64,000 bases of DNA from Paragordius varius (taxonomy: Eukaryota; Animalia; Nematomorpha). Location of the stretch: the NCBI GenBank assembly GCA_964247055.1, contig OZ176056.1, positions 5,456,001 through 5,520,000 on the forward strand, read 5' to 3'. The notes below the pieces were generated by a model. That model was not told the origin of the DNA and ran no database searches. It saw only the letters and a list, made by a program, of their open reading frames with translations. Position numbers and translations under genes: made by a program. Each line of letters starts with the position of its first letter. Positions within the stretch are counted from its first letter, which is position 1. This document shows positions 39,801-53,000 of this stretch, piece by piece.

Positions 39801-41813
39801 AAATTCATTGGCTGATTTAGAGTATAAATATTTGCATATGTGTTAATAGCTATGGAATATTTGCCATTATAAGGTTCATGGCCCTCGAAAAAAAAAATAT
39901 ATTTTATTTGGCCCGTCAAATTAACTGTCTTAGATTGAAGAATATCATGAGATGCCAAAAAATAATTAAATACAGATAATCCTGAAAATTTCAATCACCA
40001 TCATTTTCTGGGTAGATTCTATCAACTAAAATATAAAATTTAAATGTATTTATTAATATATTAGACAATTGATACCTGGACCTAGAAGCATTTTTAACAT
40101 AATTTAAAATATAGGAGGCCATTCAAAGTTTGAAAGGGAACATAAGGTTGACATGGCTTTCTAACAACTAAATTTGCAAAAAAATATTTTCTTCATGATA
40201 AAAAATTCAAAAATACTTTATGTTTTTGCATGTTCGTTCTACCATCCTAAACTGTAAATATAAAAATCTATTCTTCACCAAACAATGTTATTGTTGTGCT
40301 GAGTTTTGGAGTGCTGTTGCATTCAAAGCTTTTAAAAAAATATTTGTTTCTATTTTCTATTTGACGTCAGTGGTGAAATCATATAAGCCTTTTCATATTT
40401 ATAGTTTAGGATGGTAGAGCGAAAACGCAAAAGCATAAAGTATCATTTTTGAATTTTTTATCATGAAGAAAATATTTTTTTGCAAATTTAGTTGTTAAAA
40501 AGTCAGGTCAACCTTATTTAGTTCCCTTTCAAAATTTGAATGGCCCCCAATATTTAAAATTATGTAGAAAATACTTCTAGAATCCATGTATCAATTTTCT
40601 AATATATTAATATAGCTTTCTATCTTATATTTTAGTTGATAGAATCTCAACAGAAAATGATGGTGATTGAAATTTTTAGTATTATCTGTATTTAATTATT
40701 TTTTGGCATCTCATGATATTCTTAAATCTAAGATATGATCATGATGAACGCACACCGCATCGTATATCAATATTAGAAACAAATTATCTGTATTAATATC
40801 AATAAGCAGAATGCTAATTACACAATATTATAATATTTTGTAAAACATTTACAATTTAAATAATTTTTTTTTATATTTGGCGATATTCAGATACTTTAAA
40901 AGATGTTTTACATATCTTAATCTTATTTTCAATCTTGGGTGACATAAGGTGTTTGTGATATACATAGTTGGATTTTGATAAATAAAATGTCAAACATAAA
41001 ACCGCAACATGCATTTTTACCTGCAAGCTCAGATATGTTAACTATATTTAATATATTAGTTATCAATGTAAAAAATAAAAAATAATTTTCTTAAAAATTT
41101 AAAAAACCGCAAATCATAGTAATTTACCTGTATTTATTAATGGATCAAAAATATATAGTAATTATAAATTAGCAAAGTTGAACAAAAAATAAAAAATACT
41201 AATTTATTAAAAACCGCAATTTTCACCTGTTTAAATGTTTAAAATATATAGTAATTAATAACAAATAACAATGATACAAAATAGAAAAAAATACCACAAT
41301 TTTCATCTGTGATTATTAAAATGTCTGAATACTTAAAAATTGACAATTAAAAACATAAAAACAAAAAGAATCTAATAATCTACTTGAATTTTTAATTACC
41401 TGTGTTTTCTTAAATTGTAATAACTATATAAAATAATAATTACCAATTTCGATTAATACAGGTGTTTATCCTGTTGAAAAATATTAATTATTAAATTTAA
41501 TTATGAATTAAGATTAATAATCTTAAAATACCCATTTTACTATTTATTAAATTATTAAAGATAAAAACCCACAAAATTCCGCATCTAAATACGTAACAAC
41601 AGTATTTCAAATGTTAACATAAATTGCTATAATATTCTCAAAATTTAACATTACTAAATATCCATCAAATTAAAGCCTATGTAAATTCTCACGTCAATCC
41701 TCTTTAATATGCCTACTATGAAATAATTTTGTGGATCAGTATTTTACGCATTAAACCATTTATATTATTTGACTGGCAATAAAATTGCTTAAAATACATT
41801 AAAATGCATACTA
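36808..41813. mobile_element. Foldback-like giant inverted-repeat element
   Basis: Arms 36808-40265 (excluding the nested hAT) and 40389-41813 are reverse complements around a spacer of about 120 bp. Arms contain tandem subrepeats. Ends are TA-CAGTATGC...GCATACTA-TA; the empty site is visible in the paralog at about 2215. Confidence 0.8.
38232..39927 (+). mobile_element. hAT (Buster/SPIN-like) deletion derivative
   Basis: 8-bp TSD TCTTAGAT (38224-31 and 39928-35); CAGT...ACTG ends; GGCCCGCGGGCCGCATGCGGCCC subterminal motif. Transposase relics AKKRK..TCLICK and STYTCESSYSKIRYVKNTYRNRLTDDHMDDVLRL. Confidence 0.85.
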
Positions 41814-41814
41814 T

Positions 41815-44490
41815 ATAAAATTAAACAATAAATTTTCTAATTTTCCATTTTTTGACATTTAAAAGTAGTGCAATATAAACCAACAATCCGTACAAATCCC
41901 AACAAAAATATTAATTTGTTTTAAAACAGACATCCTACTTTTCATAGAGACTCAAATATTTTTTATATTAAAGCCTAATTCTGGTCAAATCTATATAATT
42001 ATAACACGATATGCATAAAACTTTTTTTAAATCAAATATCATTCGAAAGCCTAAACCTTCTGGATAATTAACAATAGATATTCGTTTTTCTAGGAATTAA
42101 AAAAGACTCAAAAGCTAGGATTAGTGCGTGAAAGCTTTCCATAGAAATTATATTCATAAATTCTTTATAGGTAAAATTATTCATTATATGGCGTTTAAAA
42201 TTCAAACAAGCCTAAAAAATCAATATTTGGACAAAATCGGATGTAGCGTATATTTATATTTATTTCTGTATAACTTGAAAAAGAGAACACGACCATCTTA
42301 ATTTAATTTGTCCAAAATTAAATATTTTGGTGCCATTTTAGCTTTTGAACAGGGCTTCTAGGTATAAATTATCTCTAAATAAAAAATTGAAACAATTTTT
42401 GCTTGAATCGTATAGAAATCGTTTGCATGATAATTACAAAGGTTTGGTAAAAAACATATGATAAATTCCTTTCGGAGAAAATTTTTTTTTATTTTATATG
42501 GGTATTAATCATATTTTAAACACAATATATTAAATGTTATCCATATAGTATATATAAAAAATTAAAATAAACAATTCAAATATGACGCTAAGTGCGTTTT
42601 GGTTTTTATTGTAAGACTCATAAATTCTTCTGAAAGGTTTGGATTTTTAATGATAAATAAAACGTTGACGCGTTTTCCACTAATAATTTTGATTTTCTTC
42701 TTTAAGCATTTTAATTTTATTTAAAATAACTTATTCAGTTTTTGAATCGTATCTTCATTCCCTCAAGCTTTTAGCTATCAAATGATATATAGTTAACAAA
42801 CATATATTTAAAGCCCCTTACTACCGCAGAGTGTTATGTAAGTATCCAACTTTTTCGCTTTTTAATATTAGTCGATATTAATTCTTCTTTGTTACATATG
42901 CCTCTCATATCCAGAAATTTATACTCTCATGCTGTTATAAATTATCGTATCATTAAAGCCTTTGTTTGCCTTATTGAAGTTTTAAAAAGGATTCTGGTTT
43001 AGTTAGTTATTTACCACCAAATTTTGTATATTTTTTAATTGTAAATTGAGTTAGAATTTTAAGCAACTCATTAATTTAATGCGCATGAACCAATATATCT
43101 CTGAAATAATTTATAAATCAGAATCTCCTACCGGTGTTCAAATAATATCTGGAAAGTAATAATAATTTTATTGTCAATGCACATATCCTACAAGATATAT
43201 TTATAGCCTGCGCTTTTTCCACTAAGTAAAAAGCATGATTCTAATTTAATTGATTTCTATCAATAGTAAGACTATTGTTTTCCAGATTAACGGCAATCGA
43301 TAAATTGTTGTATGTCAAAATGTTATGGATTCGTCATCGTTAATAGTATAATTCCATGTTGTGTCAAATTAACCATTATTTATAAAAAAAAGATATTGTT
43401 AGAATTATAAAAATTAATATACAAAAAATATACTTGGTAGAATAGCTTCATGTAATATGATAAATATAATATCAATAATTTGGTTTTAAAGGGCACTTTT
43501 CAAGGTTCAGCTGTTTTTGGGTGCATTTGATTATTTTGGCAATTATTTAATATTACATAATTTAAATTGGCCTGAATATCTTTGGATTTATAATTTGGGG
43601 TTAAAGGAAAATAAATTATTTACTAGGGAAAAATTCGAGTCCCCATTAATAAATGATTTGAATTTTTCTTAGAATAATGGAATTTTATTGGAAAGTATCA
43701 AATTAATTTTTTTTCCTAAGTTGTTTAATACAAATATTAATTATTTGAATTAATAAGTATTTAAATTTTAGATTAAGTAGCTCTCTATTATAACAATGGT
43801 TTTTAAACCTGTTATTAAATAAATACTTATAGTTTATTTGTATTCTGTGTACTTAAAAAATGAAAGTACTGTCTTTTTCTTATTGATTCTCTAGTTCAAA
43901 CTGATTTAAAAAAATTAGCTATCATTTATAGAGTTGTTTAAATGTTGTTTTTCTCAAATTATAAAATTACTATTAATTCGGTTAAATTTGATTAAATATA
44001 TTAAAATCGACGCCAGACTTTCATAAAAATTGTAAAATTAGAATATGGCAAACATTTATAAATATTAAATAATGGAATTCGAATTTGAAATATATATAAA
44101 TTAATTATATAATTAAATAAATGGCCCTCAGCAACTAATATTATAAAAGGTATAAAATTATATAATATTAGTATAAAAATCTGGATTTAATTTTAAACAT
44201 ATCTAATTATTAAATTAACTTTTATTTATATTTTAAATCCACTTAGCGAGTCATGATTCAGGGTGGTTTGTAAGTTTTAAGTGATTGTCAAAGTTTAGAC
44301 TCGCGTTTATAAAATAAAATTAAAAAAACGGTGTTAAACATAAATTCCAAACGAAAAATCCAATTTTTAGCTAAATAAATATCCAATGGCTCCGAACTAA
44401 CAATTTAATGAAGATGTTATTAATTACACACATCAAAAGCATAATCAGATACTTTATCTGATAGCGCAGAAATACTATGAATTGCACACA
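41815..44490 (+). repeat. older third paralog of 2215-4905 / 23550-26220
   Basis: Collinear but more diverged; continues the FN3-C upstream flank beyond the palindrome. Confidence 0.85.
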
Positions 44491-45381
44491 TGGATATCAT
44501 ACGTAATTATATATATATATATATATATATAAATCGAATACAACCTTTACGTAACTAGTGAACTTTGAACCTGAGAAAATCTTAACAAGAGATGGTATAA
44601 CAAAAGACCAAAATTAACTGTTAAGTTTATTTAACAACAGATATAAAAATACAATTTTATAATTATATATGTTTCTGAGACATAAAGCATAAACAAAGAC
44701 GAGGAAGATGCGTTTTTTATAATAAAAAACAAATTTGCGCATTTTATTAACAAAAAAGCCGATTTAGGCCACAAAATAAAACTGATACTTAAATATTTTA
44801 TAAAAAACGGTTAGAAAAATTAAGTACTAAAAGATTGATATTTAAGCAAAATAATTGTTATTTGGGTGCATAACCGATTTTATTAAAATTGGCACATTTT
44901 TATAGAAAATTAATTAAGCAATATTTGGAATATAAGATAACAAAAAAGTTTTAGACACCTTGGCAAAATCTTATTTATTTTTAAATTTAGATACGAGGAT
45001 ATAGTATATCAATATTTGCCATTTTAAATGGCTCAAATATAACAAATATAATTACTTTCGCCGAGGTCTATACAAAAAATTATACATTAAAACATTTATC
45101 ATAACAATGTATCACAAAAAATAAACAAAATTGATTATCAATGTCGATTAAATTTTTACATAAAAATTATATGGACTAAATAATATTGGCTATATCAATC
45201 TCAATTGGTGCGAAGTTTGTGATTTTATACCTAAGGAGAGGACTAATATTTTTATATCATAGATGTTTAACGGTAAACCAAACTTAATTAGTGCTAAAAA
45301 TTAAAAAGTTTTACCTTGATTTAATTTTCAAAATTATATTATATACGTTTATACTACAATTTTAAGTCTTGCTTACAGAAA

Positions 45382-45426
<45 letters not shown>

Positions 45427-45949
45427 AGAACCCTATGGGCCAAATGTTAAAGCCTTCACACCTGATATAATTTAAGTCTAAACTGATATATATATATATA
45501 TATATATGAATGCGCTTACTTATTATTTATACAATTTGAATCTAGTTTTTTTGGAGGATATTTATTAGCCCATAAATATGAAGATTCAGTCTTTTTATTG
45601 TAGCCTGCACCCTCTTTCAACGCTTAGCCTTAAAATAATTGACGTCACTTTATATAAACTTTTAATATGTTTATTTAACTGTAACCAATTGATTGATTGA
45701 ATTACTCTGGAAAAAACTATATATGAAAAATAATGCATGTATAGATCCATCCAGATTAAAATTTTCTATTTTAGTAATAAAATATGTGCTTTTTGTTGCT
45801 TAGCAGTTATTGAGAATTTTGTGATAATTATTAAACTCGGAAAATTGCCAATATAGCCCCTATGTCTAATCATTATTTTGACAGATATTGCGTTCGTATT
45901 TATAATTATTTATAGGACCTTTAGTACTGCATATTATATCAATTAAATT

Positions 45950-48900
45950 TGGGTATTTCGGAATAACATTATATTAAGGATGTGTATTTATTAAAATTGT
46001 TAGGATAATTATACTTTTTTACAACACATACCTACATTTTATTATTTATATTTAAACACGAATGTGCATCACAATTCTAATATGCCTATTATTTTACGAA
46101 TATTTATATAACACGAATAGTGACGCACGAACGAACATAAACACCAAACGCGATTAATATAATAATAATATGATGTAAGATAAAAAGACAATCATGCAAT
46201 GTTGTGTTATATCAACTATATATTATTTTCTTCTCCTCTAAAAACTCCTAGGAGGTTTGGGGACTCGATCTGGGTAACGCCTGGGGGCCTCACTCTGCTC
46301 ACCATCAAGCCTCAGTTGATCCGCATGTTTCCTCCTCTTCCCTTCTTCATCATGCTTCACAATGGACCGGTTCTTACTTCCACCGTTCCCGGTCGCCATC
46401 CTTTCGTTATCTCATTCTCTATGAAAATTGGTTGTGAGGGTGTGAACTCTTTAAACGGTATTAGTCGTGTACTTTCTTTCGGCGCTTCTTTATCTTACCA
46501 ATTCAACGGTGTTTTGATGTTTCTCTTCAAAAACAACGATGCGGAAGTCGTCTTTATTTCATTAAGCCATGAGTTTCTATTTAAAGCCTCTTGACTCTTA
46601 ATGCCAGTCATCATCGTAGAACGAAATCTTGATTTCAACGTGTAAATCACTCTTTTCACCAAACCATTTGTGGGTGATGGGGAGCAGACGCCACATGAAT
46701 AATGTTCCAGTTTGTCATTTTTTCTCGATAATTGAACAATTTAAAATAAGTAACATTATCAGATAATAACATTGTTGGAAAACCATAAGAGGCAAACCAT
46801 TACTCGAATTGTTTCAAAATCACATCCGATGTAATACTACTAAGTATCTCCAGCTCCACCCATTTCGATAACAATTAAAACCAACCAATATTTACCACAA
46901 ATGGGATCCGCGATGTCCACATGGAATCTCTACATATTTCTACACTGAAGTTTCATTTATATACCGAATTTACAGGAATGTTCACCCTGTTCCTCTGACA
47001 ACACTGAGAGTCGTGTACTAACTTTTCCATGTCCTTATCCGTTCCGGGCCAAAACGCCAATGACCTTGCTGTGTTTTTACTAGCAACAATCCCCGCATGT
47101 CCAACATGAAACCAAGCCGAAATTCGTTTTCGCGCAGCTGTTGGGATTAGTAACCGATCACTAACATATAAGAAACCATCGGCTTGTTTGAAATCGTTTC
47201 TCACGGGATGAATGCAGATAATTCCAGTGTTGACCAATCATTATTTTTAAGTGCCATAAGTAATCGTTTAAACAGTTTATACTCCAAATACACTTTTTTA
47301 TTTGGGTTTTAATTAAATATAAATCCACGAATGCGATTTGTCAGATTTGTTTGGTATATTCATCATCATTGGCTAAAGGTGTCTGACTCTTTTCGGGAAG
47401 TCTTGAAAACACATCGGCCATGTTTGTCGATCCAGCGATTTATTTCATAATAAAATCATACGCGGCGGCCTTGTAGATCCATCTTTACAATTTACAGTTT
47501 TTACTCTCACTTAACTTCAGATTCTTTCCGAATAAATAAACTAACGGCTTATGAGCTGACCAGACCTCACCTTCCATATATAATAATGGAATTTTTATAA
47601 CCCAAATAGCTAAGCCCAATCACAAAATAATTTTTTTTTGCATTCTGGCATTTTCCTGATTACAGAATTACAGCTCCAAAGCCTTTTGTAGACGCTTCCA
47701 TTTGTATTATTGTTCTATTATTTATGTTATAAGTGGCAAGTAAAGATTCTATTGATATTAAGTTTTTCGCGAGCTTAAATTCATTTTGATGTGATTGTGA
47801 CCATCTCCCTTCCTTTTTGGATTATGTTAGTGCATATTGCTAACTTTGACATGTAAGCCAGGAATAGTGCGTTCATAGAAATTGAGCAATCCCTAAAACG
47901 ATCCTAACTCAGTTTTATTGATAGGTGTCGCACATTTCGTAATAGCGTCAATGTTATTTTGTACAGGACGAATTCCTTGTTTTGATAGCCTATAACCCTA
48001 GAATTTAATATTGTTCTGATAAGGTTTCAGTTTATTTTTCCTTAACGTAAAACCGAATTTTCGCAACCTTGCTAGGGTATCGTTAAGGTTTTTGTCATGA
48101 TAACCGTTTGTATTACCATCATTACATAGTCGAGGTAGACCATTGTTCTCCTAAAAATTTTTTAGTGCCTCATCCATTTTTCTTTGGAGCAAGGGAAACC
48201 TTCAATCCAAATGGTAGACGATTAAATCGAAAATATCCCATCGGGGTAGGAATTATCAATTATTTTTTGCTCTCCTCATCCATCGGAATTTGAATATAAG
48301 CGTCCTTCAAATCAATGGACGAGAACGATGTGGATCCCGCACATTTAGAGATCGTGTCAAATGTCGAGATAATCTAGGAGATGTCCATCCAAGAATTGAT
48401 TGTTTTCCGGAAATCAGCCACACCCTAAATTCCCCATTTCACGACGTTAACCGTAGGAGTGGCCCACCAGACATGGTGTTGTGTAGGATCAACGGGACTC
48501 TCCCCAGGTCCATCAGTCTCTGCACTTTTCTTCTCTACTTTACTGTAGTGCCAAAAAAAATTGCCCTGCAGCGCACTTTTGATATCGGATTTAATCGAAC
48601 ATAAAATTTAACAAGAACACCGTTTTAACAACCCAATTCCCCTTTAAAGAGTAAAAACCGCTTGAATACATCATTATAAATCATCATTATTATTAGATGC
48701 TATTTGATTAGCTTTTACGGTATCCGGTGAGGTCATACCACAACCAATGATCCAAGGCAGCCCAAATATGGGAGATAGCTCTTCTTCCGTCACAAAACAT
48801 CCTATTTTTAGTAATATTTCCGATTGTTACATTGGCAACTGTTTTTCCCAATAGTTTGATTGGGTTGTTTCTAGGAATTAAATCTGGGAGCACATTTTAG

Positions 48901-50061
48901 TAACGATGCACCCACCGTCTTACAGGCATTTTTATTAATTAGAAAAGCAGCAACTCCATCAAAAACCATACTGACAGCTTGGTCATAAATCGTAGCGCAA
49001 ATGTTCGCTTGTGTGCCCCATTTATTATAATAGCGTTTATATTATCACTATAACGTTTATTATGGCGACACATTGCCTAAAAATGATTTTTTTACAATTG
49101 TGGCATATTTTTCCAAATGCGGGACATTGTTTTGGTATATGCGATTTACCAAATTTGCCACATCTCCGCTTCCATTTATTATTATTGCCATTACCTTTTT
49201 TATATTCCATATTATTATTATTATTATAATTTTGAGGAGGATACTGCTTGACGACATATGGAAGGCAATCCCTTGCAAGTTCATGAGAAAGCCATGTCGA
49301 CAATGGTGTTTTATGACAACGCCTTCCCATCACACTTCGCATCAGGGAATCGTGAATAAAGATCCATTTCCAATGATTGCAAATTTAGTCCGGCCACAAA
49401 ACTGTCTCGAATTCTCTCCTCCACCTTTGTTTGAAATTCAGAATTTTCCGCCACACTCTTGACTCTTTGCGAAAATTCCGTGAAAGTTTGTCCATTATTT
49501 CTGCGCAAACGAGAATACTTAAACCTTGCAGCGAAGACAGATGCGGGTGTGAAAGGTTTAAGACCAATGTGAATTATGGATCAAGGAGCGTCATCAATAG
49601 ATTCTGGAAACATCATTGTTTCGATCTTATTAATTGTTTAAGACCAGCTCCAGCCAAAACAGTACCTTGATATTATCATCATTATTATCAACATTTTTTA
49701 AAACCTTTTGCCATATCTGATGTAGGTGGCAAATCATAAGTGCCATCGTATCATTCAATTGAAAATTTCTCCTTCATCGTCACCAAATAAATAGTATACC
49801 AGAATAACGTAACATTAAGATAAAGTGTATTTATTAAAATTGTTGTAATATTCATACTTTTTTACAAACACATATATACATTTTATTAGTTACAATTAAC
49901 ACGAATGTGCGTCACAATTGTAAGAATAAGTCTTTTATTTTACAAGTTTTATATATCCACGAATAATGACGCACAAACATAAACGACAAATGTAATACAA
50001 TAATAATAATATGATGTAAGATGAAAAGATAATCATGCAATGTTATTTCATATCAACTACA
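45950..50061 (-). mobile_element. decayed Gypsy/Ty3 LTR retrotransposon (Mag-like)
   Basis: Diverged LTRs at about 45950-46219 and 49793-50061; PBS TGGTGACGA; polypurine tract at about 46228-46243. Gag knuckle CGKFGKSHIPKQCPAFGKICHNCKK, RT (LPFG, YLDY), RNase H ASTKGFGAVI and integrase HVGHAG..FWPG relics. Confidence 0.85.
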
Positions 50062-50069
50062 CATTACCC

Positions 50070-53000
50070 TAATAGTAGGGATATATAATTTAAATTTAGG
50101 CTACACCTTGGCAAAATTTTAATTATTTTTAAATTCAAATGCGAGGATAAATTATATCAATTGCCACTTAAATTGCTCAAATTAATAATAAATATAATTA
50201 CCGTAGTCGCCTATTTGCCAAAAATTATATATTCAAACATTTGTTATCTCAATGTATTATAAAAAATAAACAAAATTAATTACCGGTGTCTTCTAACATA
50301 ATAATTATATGATATAAATTATATTGGTTATATCAATCTTGATTGGTGGGAGGTTTATGATTTTATAACCTAAGAAGACTAATATTTTATCAATCATAGA
50401 TGATTAACGGCAAACTATATTAAGGCTAAAATATAATAAATTCCTTGATTTAATTTAAAGTTTAATTTTATATAATGCGCATCGTTATTACTACAATTTT
50501 AAGTCTTGCTTACAGTAAAGATATATGTAATATTATGGGCCGCAAGTTATTAAAGCCTTGATATCTGATATAATTTAAGTCTAAACTTATATATATATGA
50601 ATGCGCTTATTTATTATTTATGTAGTTTGAATCTCGTTTTTCATTCAGTCTTTTTATTATATCCTGCACCGTTCAACGCTTATTAAAATAATTGACGTTA
50701 ATATTTATAAACTCTTTTAATATGTTGATTTTAAATTGTAACCACAGTTGATTAATTGAATTACTCTTTAGAAATGTGGAAAAAACTATATATATTTTGA
50801 ATAATGTTTTTAAAGAAGCATCCTGATAAAAATATTTTATTTTAGTGGAAATAAAATATGCGCTTTATAATGCTTACGAGTTATTGATGGTTTTGTGATA
50901 ATTACACTGCTCAACAAGGTTTTGCACCACCCCATTATTTTTGCATTTTCTGATACCTAATGGCATGGAAAGGCCAAAACAAAAAAGAAAATTGAGGCCA
51001 CCAATAGGATTTTTCCGAAATTTAATTTTTAAATTTGTATTTAATTTGAAAATAACAATCATTCCTCGTGTACATATGTTTAAATATTCAAACGAACAAG
51101 TCGATACAAGTAATATTCCATGCATGAATAACAAAATTCTAGGCATTAAATAAGATACTAAACAAGCTAAGAGCCAAAGTATTAAAAATCTAAAAGGGGC
51201 TTATGTATAGTGTGATAGATCCGGGCGGCTGCACAAGCTCTGCATATCCCCCAAGCGCCAATTATGCCAGATATGGCAAAAATAACAATAAGTAATCGTA
51301 AAGATCGATAAGAGAGACTTGCAAAAAATCCAGGTAAATTGACATGTCAAATTAACCAATTCACAGAATAAAGTTAGATAAATTCTACAATTAAATTGAA
51401 TATAAATTAGGTAAATACAAATGGTCCAATCCCATAATAGTAAATTCTACTAAAAGTGGCTACACAACATCCATCTGAAATTAAAAATACAAAACAACCA
51501 ATAATTTTAAAAAATAAAGTATATCCACTAGGTATAAATAAAGGATTTTTTGTAAGAACCAACTCAAGAAAAAAAGCCTAATAAGTACTCGAAAGGACGA
51601 AAACTAACAAAAAAATATAGCCTATCTAAAAGCCGAATGTTTAAACCATAGAATGCCTTTTTTAGTATTTTTTTTAAAAATTTTTATACGTATTAAAAAT
51701 TCATTTGAAAGAAAAAGACTAAATTTTGATGTTTAAGTCCGTACTATTTTTTTCTCTCTGATATTTAAATGACATATTTATATTCAAAAGATAGAGTTTA
51801 AAACGCTTTATTAAATGATATTAAGTTTATAATATAATAACATTTTGTTATAAAATTATATTTAATTTTCTCTCGATTTTCTCTTGTTTTTGAAAAATTG
51901 AAAAACCTATAATATTTCAAAATTCTGATTGGCGGGATCAAAAATTTTTTCACATTCGGTTTTAAAACACTGAAACTAGTCATAATTTAAAAGATTGAGT
52001 GGTGGTGCTCAAAAATGTCCAAATTTGTCGACTAGTGTTATTTAATACGGGAATCTATCCCACACAAATTGGCTTCATATTTATAATTAATTAGAGAAGC
52101 TTTACTCCACACTATGTAAAATATTAAATTTGGGTTTATTGATGTTATACTGGATAAGGATATAGGAAGAATCATTGGATTGAAATCAATTATAATAAAT
52201 AAAAAGACGTATTTTTAAATATTCATTAGTAACTTAGTAAAATAAAATTTTAACGTATGTTAGTAATTTTTGTCGCAAAATTTTGACTTTTGTCCGTTAT
52301 TAAAAATGTATTGTTCGTTTTTACTGAATCTTAAAAATGCAAAATTAAATTAAAATTTTGATGCAACATTTTTTGAAAAAATATTTTTACCTTGGGGCAT
52401 TTTGCTTGTATCGAGAATTTATTACCCAAAGCATGAGATATTCTCATACATTTTAAATCAAATAATATGACACCAAAAAACAAATTTACTACTAAATTTC
52501 ATTTGAGCTAGACGTCGAATTTGGAACCCCAGCCCGACAGACGAGTGGTTAAAAAGTCTTCAAGTTCCGATACAATTTTAGTTCTCTACCCTTATATATA
52601 ACAGAAGGCCCTATCTATATTATTCATTATTATGATTAATTCAAAATTTTTTAGCCTCATGATTTATATGCGCGTGTGTATATTGAATACATCAGCCAAG
52701 AACAGCAATTCACACCTTAAATGCACCTCCAAGCATTTTATATTCACCCTCAAACAACTCATTACCTTCAAATAATTTAAATCACCCTTGAACTATTCAA
52801 CCTTAAAAATAAATTATGTGGTTTCAAAATATAAATCATCATTAAAATGGCGAGTTTAATTTTTTTTGGCAAAATTTTAATTATTTTTAAATTCAAATGC
52901 GAGGATATATATCAATAGTTGCCACTTTAATTGCTCAAATTAATAATAAATATAATTACGGTAGTCGTCTATTTGCCAAAAATTATATATTCAAACATTT

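Noticed and set aside
50874-51146. ORF starting MPRILLFMHGILLVSTCSF (signal-like)
   Set aside because: Lies inside a Tc1-like insertion absent from sibling repeat units.
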